DNA from: Gammaproteobacteria bacterium
Lineage (GTDB): Bacteria > Pseudomonadota > Gammaproteobacteria > Eutrophobiales > Eutrophobiaceae
Length of the DNA: 64,000 bases
Reading direction: 5' to 3'
Assembly: GCA_022826885.1 (NCBI GenBank)
Contig: JAJDUB010000047.1
Location: 2,076-66,075, forward strand
Positions 47,331 through 56,725 of this stretch are shown here, in pieces. How positions within the stretch are numbered: position 1 is the first letter of the stretch; each line of letters opens with the position of its first letter. The notes under the pieces were generated by a model that saw nothing but the letters and a program-made list of their open reading frames with translations, had not been told where the DNA came from and did not search any database. A program made the position numbers and the translations under genes.

Positions 47331-48590
47331 TTAGCGCTCCTTCGATGCGTCCGCCGCTTTATCCCCCGAGGACTGCAGGCGCTGTAGCCCGGCGTTCAGG
47401 CTGGCCTCCGAATCAATCAGGAACTGTGCCGATACGACAATTTCCTCACCCTCCTCCAAACCGGACAGTACTTCAACCCTGTCGTCACTCTCCATGCCGG
47501 CCCTGATTTTCCGTACTTCAAAGCTGCCGTTGCCCAGCGAAATAACTACCCGCGTCATGTCCGCGCCGTGTATCAACGCCTCGTTAGGGATGGTCAAAAT
47601 CTCTCTGGCCGGCTCACCGTGTATTTCCACGTGGGCATACATATTCGGCATCAGGAGGCGTTCCGTATTATCAAACCGCAGCCGCGCGCGCAGAGTTCTC
47701 GTCACAGGGTCCAGGTCAGGATAAATATATTCGACTTCTCCCGACCAGGTGCGCTCCGGTAACGCCGGCAGACGCGCTTCTGCCGCCTGCCCTTTTTTTA
47801 CCCAGCCTGCCTGTCTTTCAAATACCTCGGCCAGGAGCCATACCTGGTCCAGGTTGGCCAGGCTCATCACCTCCGTATCCGGTTTCACGTACATCCCTTC
47901 CCTTACGTTCAATCGGGACAAAATACCGCTCTGAGGCGCGTGAAACCTGACGTATTGCGCCACCTTGCGGTTTTGCTCCAGTTGCTTCACCTGTGCAGGC
48001 GATACCCCGAGCGCGAGCAGGCGCTCACCGGATGCCTGGGACAGCAACCTGTTGCCGCTTGCCAGCGCCTGCAGGTACTCTTCCTGCGCATTGACCAGGG
48101 TCGGCGCATATAACTCAAACAGGAGTTGTCCCTTACCCACCTGTTCGCCTTCGGCGCGCACTGTCAGGCGCTCTATCCAGCCTTCGGTTCGGGTGTGAAT
48201 ATGGCTAATGCGGGTCTCGTCATAATCGAGGTATCCGACGGTGCTGATGTTCCGGGACAGAGTCTCGCGCCGCACCGGTGCGGTCCGTACGCCCAGGTTG
48301 TTTACGACTTCCGGCAGAATTTTTACCAGGGAACCGGCAGCGTTCCCGTTATCGGCATAGACCGGAATCAAGTCCATCCCCATAGGAGATTTGCCCGGTT
48401 TGTCGCTTCGATAACCCGGGTCCATAGGCGCTACCCAGTACAAAGGTTCATCCGCCATTGCCGCCGGACTGCTGCGGGTGGCTGGCGTTTCGCTATCGGG
48501 AAGGCGCGGGCCGTCGATTACTCGATTTATGGTTATTCCGACACCCGTTCCGATCAATAGTGCGCCGGCAAGCATCAAGCCCTGTTTCAT
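47331..48590 (-). CDS. cusB: CusB-type periplasmic adaptor
   Basis: 419 aa. The N-terminal metal-site region 'YWVAPMDPGYRSDKPGKSPMGMDLIPVYAD' matches the CusB 'KPGKSPxMxMDLVP' segment. It has the membrane-fusion-protein fold. Confidence 0.85.
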   Translation of the reverse strand: MKQGLMLAGALLIGTGVGITINRVIDGPRLPDSETPATRSSPAAMADEPLYWVAPMDPGYRSDKPGKSPMGMDLIPVYADNGNAAGSLVKILPEVVNNLGVRTAPVRRETLSRNISTVGYLDYDETRISHIHTRTEGWIERLTVRAEGEQVGKGQLLFELYAPTLVNAQEEYLQALASGNRLLSQASGERLLALGVSPAQVKQLEQNRKVAQYVRFHAPQSGILSRLNVREGMYVKPDTEVMSLANLDQVWLLAEVFERQAGWVKKGQAAEARLPALPERTWSGEVEYIYPDLDPVTRTLRARLRFDNTERLLMPNMYAHVEIHGEPAREILTIPNEALIHGADMTRVVISLGNGSFEVRKIRAGMESDDRVEVLSGLEEGEEIVVSAQFLIDSEASLNAGLQRLQSSGDKAADASKER

Positions 48591-49882
48591 TGCTCATCTC
48601 CGACAAAATATAATAAATCCGACTGCACCTTTGCCCGGTCTACGGACAGCCGGATCATCGCAAGGCGTGTATTCAACTCGAGCAACCGGGCCCGCATCAA
48701 GGTGGTGAAGTCCGCCACGTCATTCCGGTAGGCCTTCAGGGTCGTGTCCGCATTTTGTTGTGCTTCGATGCTCGTGTGAGATTCATAGAATTCATAACGC
48801 TTTCCCAGTTGCCTCCACGAGGCATGGATACGTCCTGCCTGGCGGGCAAGTTCCCGCAGTTGATCAGTGCGCGCGAATTTAGCCGCCAGGTGCCGTTGGC
48901 GGCCGGCCAGGACTCGTTTGTCCTGGCGTTGGCCGGTAAACAACGGGATGTCCATCAGCACCATGGCGGAGAGAAAATCCTCCCTCCCGCCTCCCTGCAG
49001 ATCACTGCCCGTCCGTTCCGAGTAAGTAACATCGATGGACCAGCCCGGCTTATACTGTTCTTCCGCGATGGATACCTGGTAGCGGCTGGCGTCTATCGTA
49101 TGGTCATGGGCAAGGATCAGCGGATGCCGGGACAGGTCCGTGATGATCCCGTCAAGTGCAGGAATAGCAGGCAGTACAGGTTGCTCATCGGGTAACGGCA
49201 GGACCGCGTACTGCGCGCCGATCCACTTCGACAGTTGCACAACAGCCGCCTCCTTCAACCCGGCAATTTCGGCGCGCCTGTCCTGTAATAACGATAACTC
49301 CAGTTGCGCGAGAAGTACGTCGTGCTGGTTATCACGGCCTACCGCGTATTGACGTTGCGTAACATCAAGCAAGCGTGAAAACAAGCGCTCGTGTTCAGCG
49401 AGTATCTTCTCGTTTTGCAGTTGAAAATAAAGTTCCAGGTAGGCTTTTCGAACTGAGCGTAACACACTGAGTTTGCGCTCGGCAACGCGCGCGGTTTCAA
49501 CTCCTGCCATGGCAGATGTCCTGCTCCTGCTGTAACGCAGGGTATGGCCGCGCGGGAAGGTCTGCTGCACGCCGAACTGGAGTTGAGTCATGGGTTCCTG
49601 GCCGCGCGCGAACGAATCAACCGGAAAGTTGACGGCTCCCAGTTTGAACCTGGGGTCGGATAACTGCCCGTCTGCTACGGACTGGTGGCGCAGGGCCTGT
49701 GCCCTTGCACTGATACTTTGTCCCAGGGCATCCCTGTCCCCGGCAAGCCGCTCAGCCTGCGCAAGGGCAAGTACGGCTTCGTCTGCACTGGCCCGGGTTA
49801 AGCCGGCGCCGTTCAGGACGACCCATGTCGTGATACAACATAATAGTGTTTTGAGGCGCGTCGGCCGAATAAAATAAAGCAT
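48587..49882 (-). CDS. cusC: Outer-membrane factor (CusC/TolC family)
   Basis: 431 aa with a signal peptide and the two-repeat OMF architecture. It overlaps cusB by 4 nt. Confidence 0.8.
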   Translation of the reverse strand: MLYFIRPTRLKTLLCCITTWVVLNGAGLTRASADEAVLALAQAERLAGDRDALGQSISARAQALRHQSVADGQLSDPRFKLGAVNFPVDSFARGQEPMTQLQFGVQQTFPRGHTLRYSRSRTSAMAGVETARVAERKLSVLRSVRKAYLELYFQLQNEKILAEHERLFSRLLDVTQRQYAVGRDNQHDVLLAQLELSLLQDRRAEIAGLKEAAVVQLSKWIGAQYAVLPLPDEQPVLPAIPALDGIITDLSRHPLILAHDHTIDASRYQVSIAEEQYKPGWSIDVTYSERTGSDLQGGGREDFLSAMVLMDIPLFTGQRQDKRVLAGRQRHLAAKFARTDQLRELARQAGRIHASWRQLGKRYEFYESHTSIEAQQNADTTLKAYRNDVADFTTLMRARLLELNTRLAMIRLSVDRAKVQSDLLYFVGDEQ

Positions 49883-49938
49883 GGTTGTCTCCCGTAATGA
49901 AGTCCACGAATAAAAATCGAGAGTTCAATACGGGCGGA

Positions 49939-50346
49939 CTACTTTATCTGTACTCGGTAACTGCCGATGGGAGATAATCCCGGATAACCGGGAGAGAGTG
50001 CTTTAACCGGATATGGATCCGGCTCCTCTGCCCTGCGCGTCCAGCCAAAGCCATGGACCAGCGCCACAGGGTTGAAATTGAACACTTCCTTATGCGCGCC
50101 GGGCTTGATGCCGGCAGCAACGCCATCGCATTCACAGGCGTCGCCATAGGGTTGCAGGGCGCCGCCGGTACTGTAGCCGGCAGGTTCATGCTCAGTCTTA
50201 TCACCGCAGTGACCGCTTTCTGACGTCTGCGCAGGCTGGTGATTAAGGCCGGGGTGCGCCAGGCAGGCCTGGCATACCACACTCAACCAGCCTCCCAACA
50301 GGAGCACGACTACTGCGAGACTTATCTGGCGTCGGTGAAAAGCCAT
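49939..50346 (-). CDS. Small Cys/His-rich exported or membrane-anchored protein upstream of cusCBA
   Basis: 135 aa with an N-terminal TM/signal segment 'ISLAVVVLLLGGWLSVV', then 'CQACLAH', 'GHCGDKTEHE' and 'CECD'. It lies on the same strand 56 nt upstream of cusC. Confidence 0.5.
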   Translation of the reverse strand: MAFHRRQISLAVVVLLLGGWLSVVCQACLAHPGLNHQPAQTSESGHCGDKTEHEPAGYSTGGALQPYGDACECDGVAAGIKPGAHKEVFNFNPVALVHGFGWTRRAEEPDPYPVKALSPGYPGLSPIGSYRVQIK

Positions 50347-50411
50347 AATGGAGAAGTATTGTGCATAAACGTGAATTTGTCAAAACCCCATCAGGTGATG
50401 CTATCGATTTC

Positions 50412-51677
50412 TCAGTCTGTCGCTCTCTGGAAGACGACCCTGCCGTTCTGTATCACCAGCCACGGTTTTACCATCGCTTCAAGGCTCTCCAACGGGTCTG
50501 AATCAAGCAATATCACGTCTCCCCATTTACCGGCTTCGATACTCCCGGCCTGAGCCTCCAGTCCCATTGTTTCCGCGCCAATCAGGGTGGCCCCCTGTAT
50601 GATTTCCATGTGCGTCAGACCTCCCAGCGTGAACCCCTCCAGTTCCTGGAGATACACCTTGTCTATGGTCGCCAGATCCTTTGCGTTGGAATCCGTGCCG
50701 ACGGCAAATTTCACCCCCAGTTCATGCATCCTCCTGAACCGTTCAACCATGCCTTCATAGGTATGGCCCAGGTGCTTTTCCAGGTAGGCGGCATCATACG
50801 TGTACTGACCCGCCAGTTCACGCAGGTGATAGCCGATGGTCGGGACCAGGTTGATATTATTTTTCACCATGTCCCGGTACACGTCATCATCACCGAACGG
50901 ATAAAGGTGCTCCATACTGTCGACCCCGGCGTCAACGGCTATCCGTCCCGAAGTATGATACGGGTCCTGGGCGCCGCCCAGGTGTGCGGTAAGGCGCAGC
51001 TTCCATAAATGTGCTTCCTCAACCGCGGCGCTGAGTTCCTCCAGTGTATACGGGGTCGTCGTCTTGATCAGGTCTGCTCCCAGTTTCGCCGCCTCGCGCA
51101 CCCGTTTGCGAAATTCCCACGGCCCGTCGGCCTCCACCGCCCATATCGGTGGTATCAACGGCTGAAATTCCGTGGCGTGCCCACCTGTCGTGGTAATCAA
51201 GGGTCCGGATACATATATCCTGGCGCCACCGATTAGCCCGTCCCGCTGGGCCCGCTTTAGCGAGTAACCAACATGGTAGCGGGACGCCACGTCCCGTATC
51301 ACCGTCACACCTATTTCCTGGTAGCGTTCCAGGAAACGTTCGGAACGGAAGGCATTGCTCACGTCGTCTTCCAGGTCCCGGGCGCCCGCCAGTTTGAAGG
51401 TAATGTGCGCATGCAGGTCGAACAGTCCCGGCAGCACCCATTTTCCCTCGGCATTGATTTCCCTGGTATCAGCCGGCAAAGAGTCGGTTTCACCAAGAGA
51501 GACTATGTTACCTTCATTGATGAAAATACCGGGGTTCGGTCCCGGTTCCGCCCCGGTGCCGTCAATCAGCGTCCCTCCCGTTATCCAGTAGGGCGTTGCG
51601 ACCGCGTTACAGCCAAAAAGCAGCAATAATGTATTTCCGGCAGTCAGTAGTAACTTTCGCAAAAATCGGTAAATCAT
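50412..51677 (-). CDS. Secreted amidohydrolase-superfamily enzyme (COG1228-like)
   Basis: 421 aa counted from ATG 51677, which has SD GAGAGG; the ORF-track start 51734 overlaps the upstream gene. It has a hydrophobic leader, 'GLFDLHAHITF' and 'AVGTDSNA'. Confidence 0.8.
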   Translation of the reverse strand: MIYRFLRKLLLTAGNTLLLLFGCNAVATPYWITGGTLIDGTGAEPGPNPGIFINEGNIVSLGETDSLPADTREINAEGKWVLPGLFDLHAHITFKLAGARDLEDDVSNAFRSERFLERYQEIGVTVIRDVASRYHVGYSLKRAQRDGLIGGARIYVSGPLITTTGGHATEFQPLIPPIWAVEADGPWEFRKRVREAAKLGADLIKTTTPYTLEELSAAVEEAHLWKLRLTAHLGGAQDPYHTSGRIAVDAGVDSMEHLYPFGDDDVYRDMVKNNINLVPTIGYHLRELAGQYTYDAAYLEKHLGHTYEGMVERFRRMHELGVKFAVGTDSNAKDLATIDKVYLQELEGFTLGGLTHMEIIQGATLIGAETMGLEAQAGSIEAGKWGDVILLDSDPLESLEAMVKPWLVIQNGRVVFQRATD

Positions 51678-51711
51678 TACCCGGACCTCTCTGTTCTCAA
51701 TAAAACAGCAG

Positions 51712-53394
51712 CTAAAATGAACCATAAACGACATTGCCTGCCACCACGGTGGCCTCGACCTCTATGTCCTTGATAGTCTCAGCGGGTACGGTGAGGATGT
51801 CGTCCGACAAGACAACAAAATCGGCATACTTGCCGGGTTCTACAGACCCTTTAATATCTTCCTCAAAACTGACGTAAGCCGAATCGAGGGTGATGCCCCG
51901 GATGGCTTCTTCCCGTGTCAGTCCCTGGTCCGGACCGAGTACTCCGCCCCACCCTGTTCCCCTGGTGACGGCAACGTAAATCTGCATTATCGGTTTTGAA
52001 CGGGAGGACACCGGCTTGTCCGCGCCAAGTGACAGTTTTATGCCGTTGTCCAGCCAGTCCCTGAGCCGGTAAGACTTGTGGGCCAGTTCTTCACCCCAGT
52101 GCTCTATGAACTTATCGCCGATGATATAGAGATGCCTGGGTTGGGGGAGTACGATCAGACCAAGCTTTTTTATTCGATCGTAGTGGTCAGGTTGCAACAG
52201 GATGCCATGGTCCACAATCCAGCGCCTGTCGGTAATATCTATCCGGCTGTTTACATACTCATAGGCATCCAGGAGCTGATCGATGGAGGCGCCACCGACT
52301 GCATGGGGACCCGGGCGCCAGCCATGCTGCGCGGCAGCAAGCACGAACTTGTTCAGTTGATCCTGTTCAACGAGACGCAGCCCGTAGTAACCGGGGCGAC
52401 CCTGGTATTCCGTGCGAATCTGGGCCGATTCCTCGGCGCCGTCCAGCATCATTTCCGCCAGGCCGTCAGTCCTGAACATACCGTCTCCCCATTTCTCTTC
52501 CGGGTCGCCCAGGGCTTCAAACAAGGCATCCATCTCATCTTCCGGGGTATTGGGGTCGACGTCATAACACCAGTCGATCCTGATGGTCAGTTCGCCGTCT
52601 TCATACAATTCGCGCAGCATTTCGACAAGCTCCCTGCTGCCGCCGGGTTCTCTCAGGCTCGTCATGCCCCAACTGTTTACCCGCCTGATTGCCTGCCGGA
52701 TGCCGTCCTTCTGCACTTCCCTGCTCGGCGTCTCGAAATGATCCAGAAACGGGTACATGGCATTGCGCACAAGAAAGCCGGTCGGTTCCCCCTCATCATC
52801 CTTCCATATTTCTCCACCAGGCGGGTTTTCGCTGTCCCGGTCGTAGCCTACCCGTTCCAGGGCCAGGCTGTTGGCAATGACATAATGGCCGCCTTTCAAC
52901 GTCACCGGATTGTCGGGCGAGACCTCATCAAGATCATACCGGTTCGGCAGGCGTCCATCCTCCAGCATGAACTGCCACCAGCCCCCCTCGCTGAAGATCC
53001 ATTCGCCTTTTTCCGTGACCTTCACACGTTCCGCTACGGCCTGTTTTATATCGGCTATGGAAGTTATTTCGGTCAGGTCGATCATGGTCGGGAGATTGAT
53101 GCCCATGGTGGTCATATGGCTGTGAGTATCGTTGAACCCGGGAAGAACCGTCTTGCCGCCCAGGTCCACGATTGCCGTGTCCGGACCGGCACTCTCAAGG
53201 ACCGAGCTTTCAGTCCCTACCCGCAGGAACTTCCCGTCCTTGACTGCAGCGGCTTCAGCGATGGAGAAGTCCTTGTCAACGGTGACAATCTTCGCGTTGT
53301 GGATAACCAGGTCTGCGTCCTGTTGGGCACACCCGCTACAGATAAAGGCGAAGAGGACTAAAACCAGCAGAGGAATGTTGTAAATATATTTCAT
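51712..53394 (-). CDS. Secreted Amidohydro_3 (YtcJ-like) metal-dependent hydrolase
   Basis: 560 aa with the leader 'IPLLVLVLFAFICSGCAQQ', 'GFNDTHSHM' and a C-terminal 'GSVEPGKYADFVVL'. Confidence 0.8.
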   Translation of the reverse strand: MKYIYNIPLLVLVLFAFICSGCAQQDADLVIHNAKIVTVDKDFSIAEAAAVKDGKFLRVGTESSVLESAGPDTAIVDLGGKTVLPGFNDTHSHMTTMGINLPTMIDLTEITSIADIKQAVAERVKVTEKGEWIFSEGGWWQFMLEDGRLPNRYDLDEVSPDNPVTLKGGHYVIANSLALERVGYDRDSENPPGGEIWKDDEGEPTGFLVRNAMYPFLDHFETPSREVQKDGIRQAIRRVNSWGMTSLREPGGSRELVEMLRELYEDGELTIRIDWCYDVDPNTPEDEMDALFEALGDPEEKWGDGMFRTDGLAEMMLDGAEESAQIRTEYQGRPGYYGLRLVEQDQLNKFVLAAAQHGWRPGPHAVGGASIDQLLDAYEYVNSRIDITDRRWIVDHGILLQPDHYDRIKKLGLIVLPQPRHLYIIGDKFIEHWGEELAHKSYRLRDWLDNGIKLSLGADKPVSSRSKPIMQIYVAVTRGTGWGGVLGPDQGLTREEAIRGITLDSAYVSFEEDIKGSVEPGKYADFVVLSDDILTVPAETIKDIEVEATVVAGNVVYGSF

Positions 53395-53459
53395 GATATT
53401 CTCCCGACGATGAGTTACATCTGAAAATCGTTCCTTCTATAACTGTAAGACCGTATCTG

Positions 53460-54776
53460 TTATGTGTATCGGTGATGACTGGTAAATTTATGCATCACCC
53501 GGGACCGAAGCCTGACGCTATTGATAAGTATAGCGGGTAAGTAAGACATCAAACCGTGATAACGAACAGGATCCGGCTTTTCAACCGATAAATTCAGGTT
53601 TTCAGTGTGTCCCTGTTTGATAAAACCTGCAACTTCGCGTCCAAGTATCGTGTTTGCAGCCAGGCCCCTGCCGTTACAGGCCTGAATTGCGAACAGTCCA
53701 TCAGAGAGCTTAACGAACCTGGGCAGGACGGAACGGCCTATCCATGGCGTGCCTTGCCACAGATAGCGGATGCGGGCCGCATCAAGCAGGGGTGAAAAAT
53801 ACCTTAGCCGTTCTTCGACGTAACGGATGATGCGACCCCCGGCATTATTGAAAATGAATGCCGGGCAGGCGGTAATTAATCGGCCATCCCTGTCATAACG
53901 CAGTGAGAAAATGTTCGGGTTGACATCGGTCATCGCATGGTTTTCAGGCAGAATGACTTCCCTTATCTCTCCGTCCAGCGGTTCGGTTGCTACTTGAAAC
54001 ACCTTGAAAGGCAAAACTGTACGGGCAAGGCCGCTGAACAGGTTGCGGTTGCCGCCACCTGCGCATAGCACGACTTTTTTTGCGCTAACCCGGAATCTTT
54101 CTGACTCGAGGCACCATCCGGTTCCCTCTTTATGGATTTTAACCACCGTGCTGTTAATGTATATGCGGGCGCCCTGCCCTACCGCGACCCGTGCCAGTTC
54201 CCGCACAAAAGCCAGCGGGTTGATTGCGCCGCCTGCCGGGTCCAGCAGCGCTCCCTGGTAGGCGTCCAGCCCGGTAAGGCGGCGGATTGTGTCTTTATCG
54301 ACGGTTTGAATCCCGTACCCGAACGAACGCCATTCCGAAGCTGTCTTTTCGACCCGTTCGACCTCCTGTGGGGTCCTTGCCGGAGCCAGGAAGCCCGTTT
54401 GTTGGGGCGCACAATCAAGGTCCAGCTTTTGCACCAGGGAAAATACATACTTCCCCGACTCGCCGACCAGGTTCACCAGTCGCCTGCCCTTGATGTCGCC
54501 GTACTTTTCCAGGATCTGATATGGGCTGTGGCGCACCGGCAGGGATACTATGATGCCGGCGCTTTTACCCGCGGCATCGCTGCCCGGTGTTGCCGCTTCC
54601 AGCACAACCGGGGCCTCTCCTGCTTCGGTCAAGTGGTAAGCCAGCGAAATTCCGGCAACACCACCGCCTACGATTGCGATTTCCGCATCGTGAACTCCCG
54701 TTAATTTTGCAAGGCCTGCAGTAGCCGGTGTGACGTTGCTCCAGAGCGTATTCTCTTCAACCTCAACCGCGCACAT
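53460..54776 (-). CDS. FAD-dependent oxidoreductase (DAO/glycine-D-amino-acid-oxidase family)
   Basis: 438 aa with the dinucleotide fold 'IAIVGGGVAGISLAYHL'. No leader peptide is present. Confidence 0.8.
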   Translation of the reverse strand: MCAVEVEENTLWSNVTPATAGLAKLTGVHDAEIAIVGGGVAGISLAYHLTEAGEAPVVLEAATPGSDAAGKSAGIIVSLPVRHSPYQILEKYGDIKGRRLVNLVGESGKYVFSLVQKLDLDCAPQQTGFLAPARTPQEVERVEKTASEWRSFGYGIQTVDKDTIRRLTGLDAYQGALLDPAGGAINPLAFVRELARVAVGQGARIYINSTVVKIHKEGTGWCLESERFRVSAKKVVLCAGGGNRNLFSGLARTVLPFKVFQVATEPLDGEIREVILPENHAMTDVNPNIFSLRYDRDGRLITACPAFIFNNAGGRIIRYVEERLRYFSPLLDAARIRYLWQGTPWIGRSVLPRFVKLSDGLFAIQACNGRGLAANTILGREVAGFIKQGHTENLNLSVEKPDPVRYHGLMSYLPAILINSVRLRSRVMHKFTSHHRYT

Positions 54777-54788
54777 GGCTGGTTATGC

Positions 54789-55274
54789 TCAGTCCACGGG
54801 CTCAATGGACAACCTGCATGCACCGTTTTTCCGGATCTCACCGATGCAGGACTGCGCATGGGCAAGGTCTTCCGGAACAATCTCCGCACAGATATTGGCC
54901 ATCAGCCAGCCAAAAGGAAAGAACAGGCGCCCGCCATCGCCGTAGAAAATACCCACGTCAAAGAACGGGCCTGGCGGTAGTCCTTTTATGCTCCCCGATT
55001 TGACATAGGCCAGGACAATTTCCCCTGTCTGGGGAAAGGACGTGGCATTTTCCAGGGGAATGTCTGTCCGGGCGAACTGTTCAGGCAATACCGAAGCGGG
55101 TAACGGGCAGGAAAGTTCCGGGCCTGTCCACATGGCGTGGATGGCATCGTATGAAGGCCGGGTCTGTGCCAGTTGCCATAAAAATCCGGCTGATTGCGGC
55201 GCCTTGTCATCGAGGAGAACACACCTGGCCGACAGCCCCGAGCGTGGTTCGGTAAACCTGACGAGGCGGTTCAC
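54789..55274 (-). CDS. Small cytoplasmic protein, probably cyclophilin-like fold (DUF3830-like)
   Basis: 161 aa. The pattern 'ARCVLLDDKAPQSAGFLWQL....AIHAMWTGPELSCPLP' resembles what I recall of DUF3830. It overlaps the upstream amidohydrolase by 4 nt. The family call is tentative. Confidence 0.5.
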   Translation of the reverse strand: MNRLVRFTEPRSGLSARCVLLDDKAPQSAGFLWQLAQTRPSYDAIHAMWTGPELSCPLPASVLPEQFARTDIPLENATSFPQTGEIVLAYVKSGSIKGLPPGPFFDVGIFYGDGGRLFFPFGWLMANICAEIVPEDLAHAQSCIGEIRKNGACRLSIEPVD

Positions 55275-56635
55275 TTGGTGAAATCGCGTATTACCCTGCC
55301 GTCGGCAACGACCAGTTTTACATCCCGGAGATTCTGGATGTCTTCCAGCGGATTACTGCCGACCACAAGTATGTCCGCCAGCTTGCCTGCTTCCACGGTA
55401 CCCAGCTTATCTGCCATTTTCAGTATTTCCGCGCCGACACGGGTGGCCGAGGCAAATACATCCGCATCGGACAAACCCGCGTCTTTCAACAGACGGAGTT
55501 CCGTGTAATAGTCCTCAGGATAACGCACGTCGTTTTCAAACGGGATATCCGAACCGACACCGATACGGATTCCAGACTCGTGAGCGAGTCCAACCATCTC
55601 AAGATGTTGTGCATGAACGACGGGATAACGGCGAGCGAAAGTGAAGAAAAAACCACCGGAGGGTATTCCCGCCGAGGGGTAGCCTGTTTTCTCCACGTTG
55701 TAGAATGCGGTCAGTGTCGGCACAAAGTCCGTCTTGTTACGGGCCATCACTGCGATAATATGTTCGTCCAATGCCAACGGATGCTCGATCGAGTCGACAC
55801 CTGCTTCGGACGCCCACACGGTATATTTGCCGAATGAGTCAACAGTGACAGGGATACCCTGCATGTGCGCTTCATTAACGGCAGCGGTAACTTCTTCCCG
55901 GGTGTACGGCGAGGTCAGTTTTATCCAGTCCGCCTGCTTGCGAATCTGTTCCCGTACCGCCAGCCTCCAGTCCCAGGGTCCGGTCGCGACACGCACCCGG
56001 CTGGCAGTCGCCGTGCTTTTTGGCTTGCCTGTAGCAGTTGAAGTAATCTCATCCGCATGCCCGCCTCTCGCAGCAATGAGATTACCGCTCCATAACACGC
56101 GCGGCCCGTCGACCATGCGCCGTTCGACGGCCTCCTTGATCCGTAATGCGACGTCATTGGACGTACCCACGTCCCGGACCGTGGTAACTCCGGCGTCAGC
56201 CAATTGGCCCAGCAACAGGACCCCGCGAATGGCCGAGGCCGCATCCGAGTTGCGGTAGCGGGTGAAATTGCCGCGTTGCTGGGTGAAGTGAATATGCAGG
56301 TCAATCAATCCCGGCACGATATATAAGTCCGACGTGTCGATAACCTGCCCCTCTTCCGTAGAAACCTCGGCCCCGGCCGCATTACCGGCATAAAATATCC
56401 GGTCACCGCGCAGCGCTACCAATGCGTCGGTTATGGGAGCCGTACCAGTGCCGTTAATCAGGGTCCCCCCCTGTAATACGAGCAACGGGTCTGCAGAGTA
56501 ATCATGGGGTGGAACCGGCACCCGCCTGGTGTCGTCCGTGGTGGGGAATGTCGATGTTTGTGCCGCACTGATACCTGGCGCGCTAAACAATAGAATGTAG
56601 ATGATGACTGAAAAAATGTTTCTCATGGTGGCCAT
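55271..56635 (-). CDS. Secreted amidohydrolase-superfamily enzyme (COG1228-like)
   Basis: 454 aa counted from ATG 56635, with SD GGAGA 9 nt upstream. It has the leader 'IFSVIIYILLFSAPGISAAQ', 'GLIDLHIHFT' and 'GVGSDIPF'. Confidence 0.8.
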   Translation of the reverse strand: MATMRNIFSVIIYILLFSAPGISAAQTSTFPTTDDTRRVPVPPHDYSADPLLVLQGGTLINGTGTAPITDALVALRGDRIFYAGNAAGAEVSTEEGQVIDTSDLYIVPGLIDLHIHFTQQRGNFTRYRNSDAASAIRGVLLLGQLADAGVTTVRDVGTSNDVALRIKEAVERRMVDGPRVLWSGNLIAARGGHADEITSTATGKPKSTATASRVRVATGPWDWRLAVREQIRKQADWIKLTSPYTREEVTAAVNEAHMQGIPVTVDSFGKYTVWASEAGVDSIEHPLALDEHIIAVMARNKTDFVPTLTAFYNVEKTGYPSAGIPSGGFFFTFARRYPVVHAQHLEMVGLAHESGIRIGVGSDIPFENDVRYPEDYYTELRLLKDAGLSDADVFASATRVGAEILKMADKLGTVEAGKLADILVVGSNPLEDIQNLRDVKLVVADGRVIRDFTK

Positions 56636-56725
56636 TTGATTGTGTCTCCTCGTCGTGCCTGCACAAGCAGGAATGGAGCAGGAGCCGCGCACACTGCCTG
56701 AACAGGATGCGCGACTCTGAGTTGC

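Noticed and set aside
52078-53361. 427-aa ORF on the plus strand
   Set aside because: It lies entirely antisense to the Amidohydro_3 gene, whose frame carries clear family motifs (DTHSH, C-terminal PGKYADFVVL). The antisense translation is Arg/Gly/Pro/His-rich with no recognisable motif. It is a typical shadow ORF.
51712-53394. Lipoprotein call for the Amidohydro_3 enzyme ('FAFICSGCAQQ')
   Set aside because: The -3 position of either Cys does not fit the L-(A/S)-(G/A)-C lipobox well. It is reported only as secreted.
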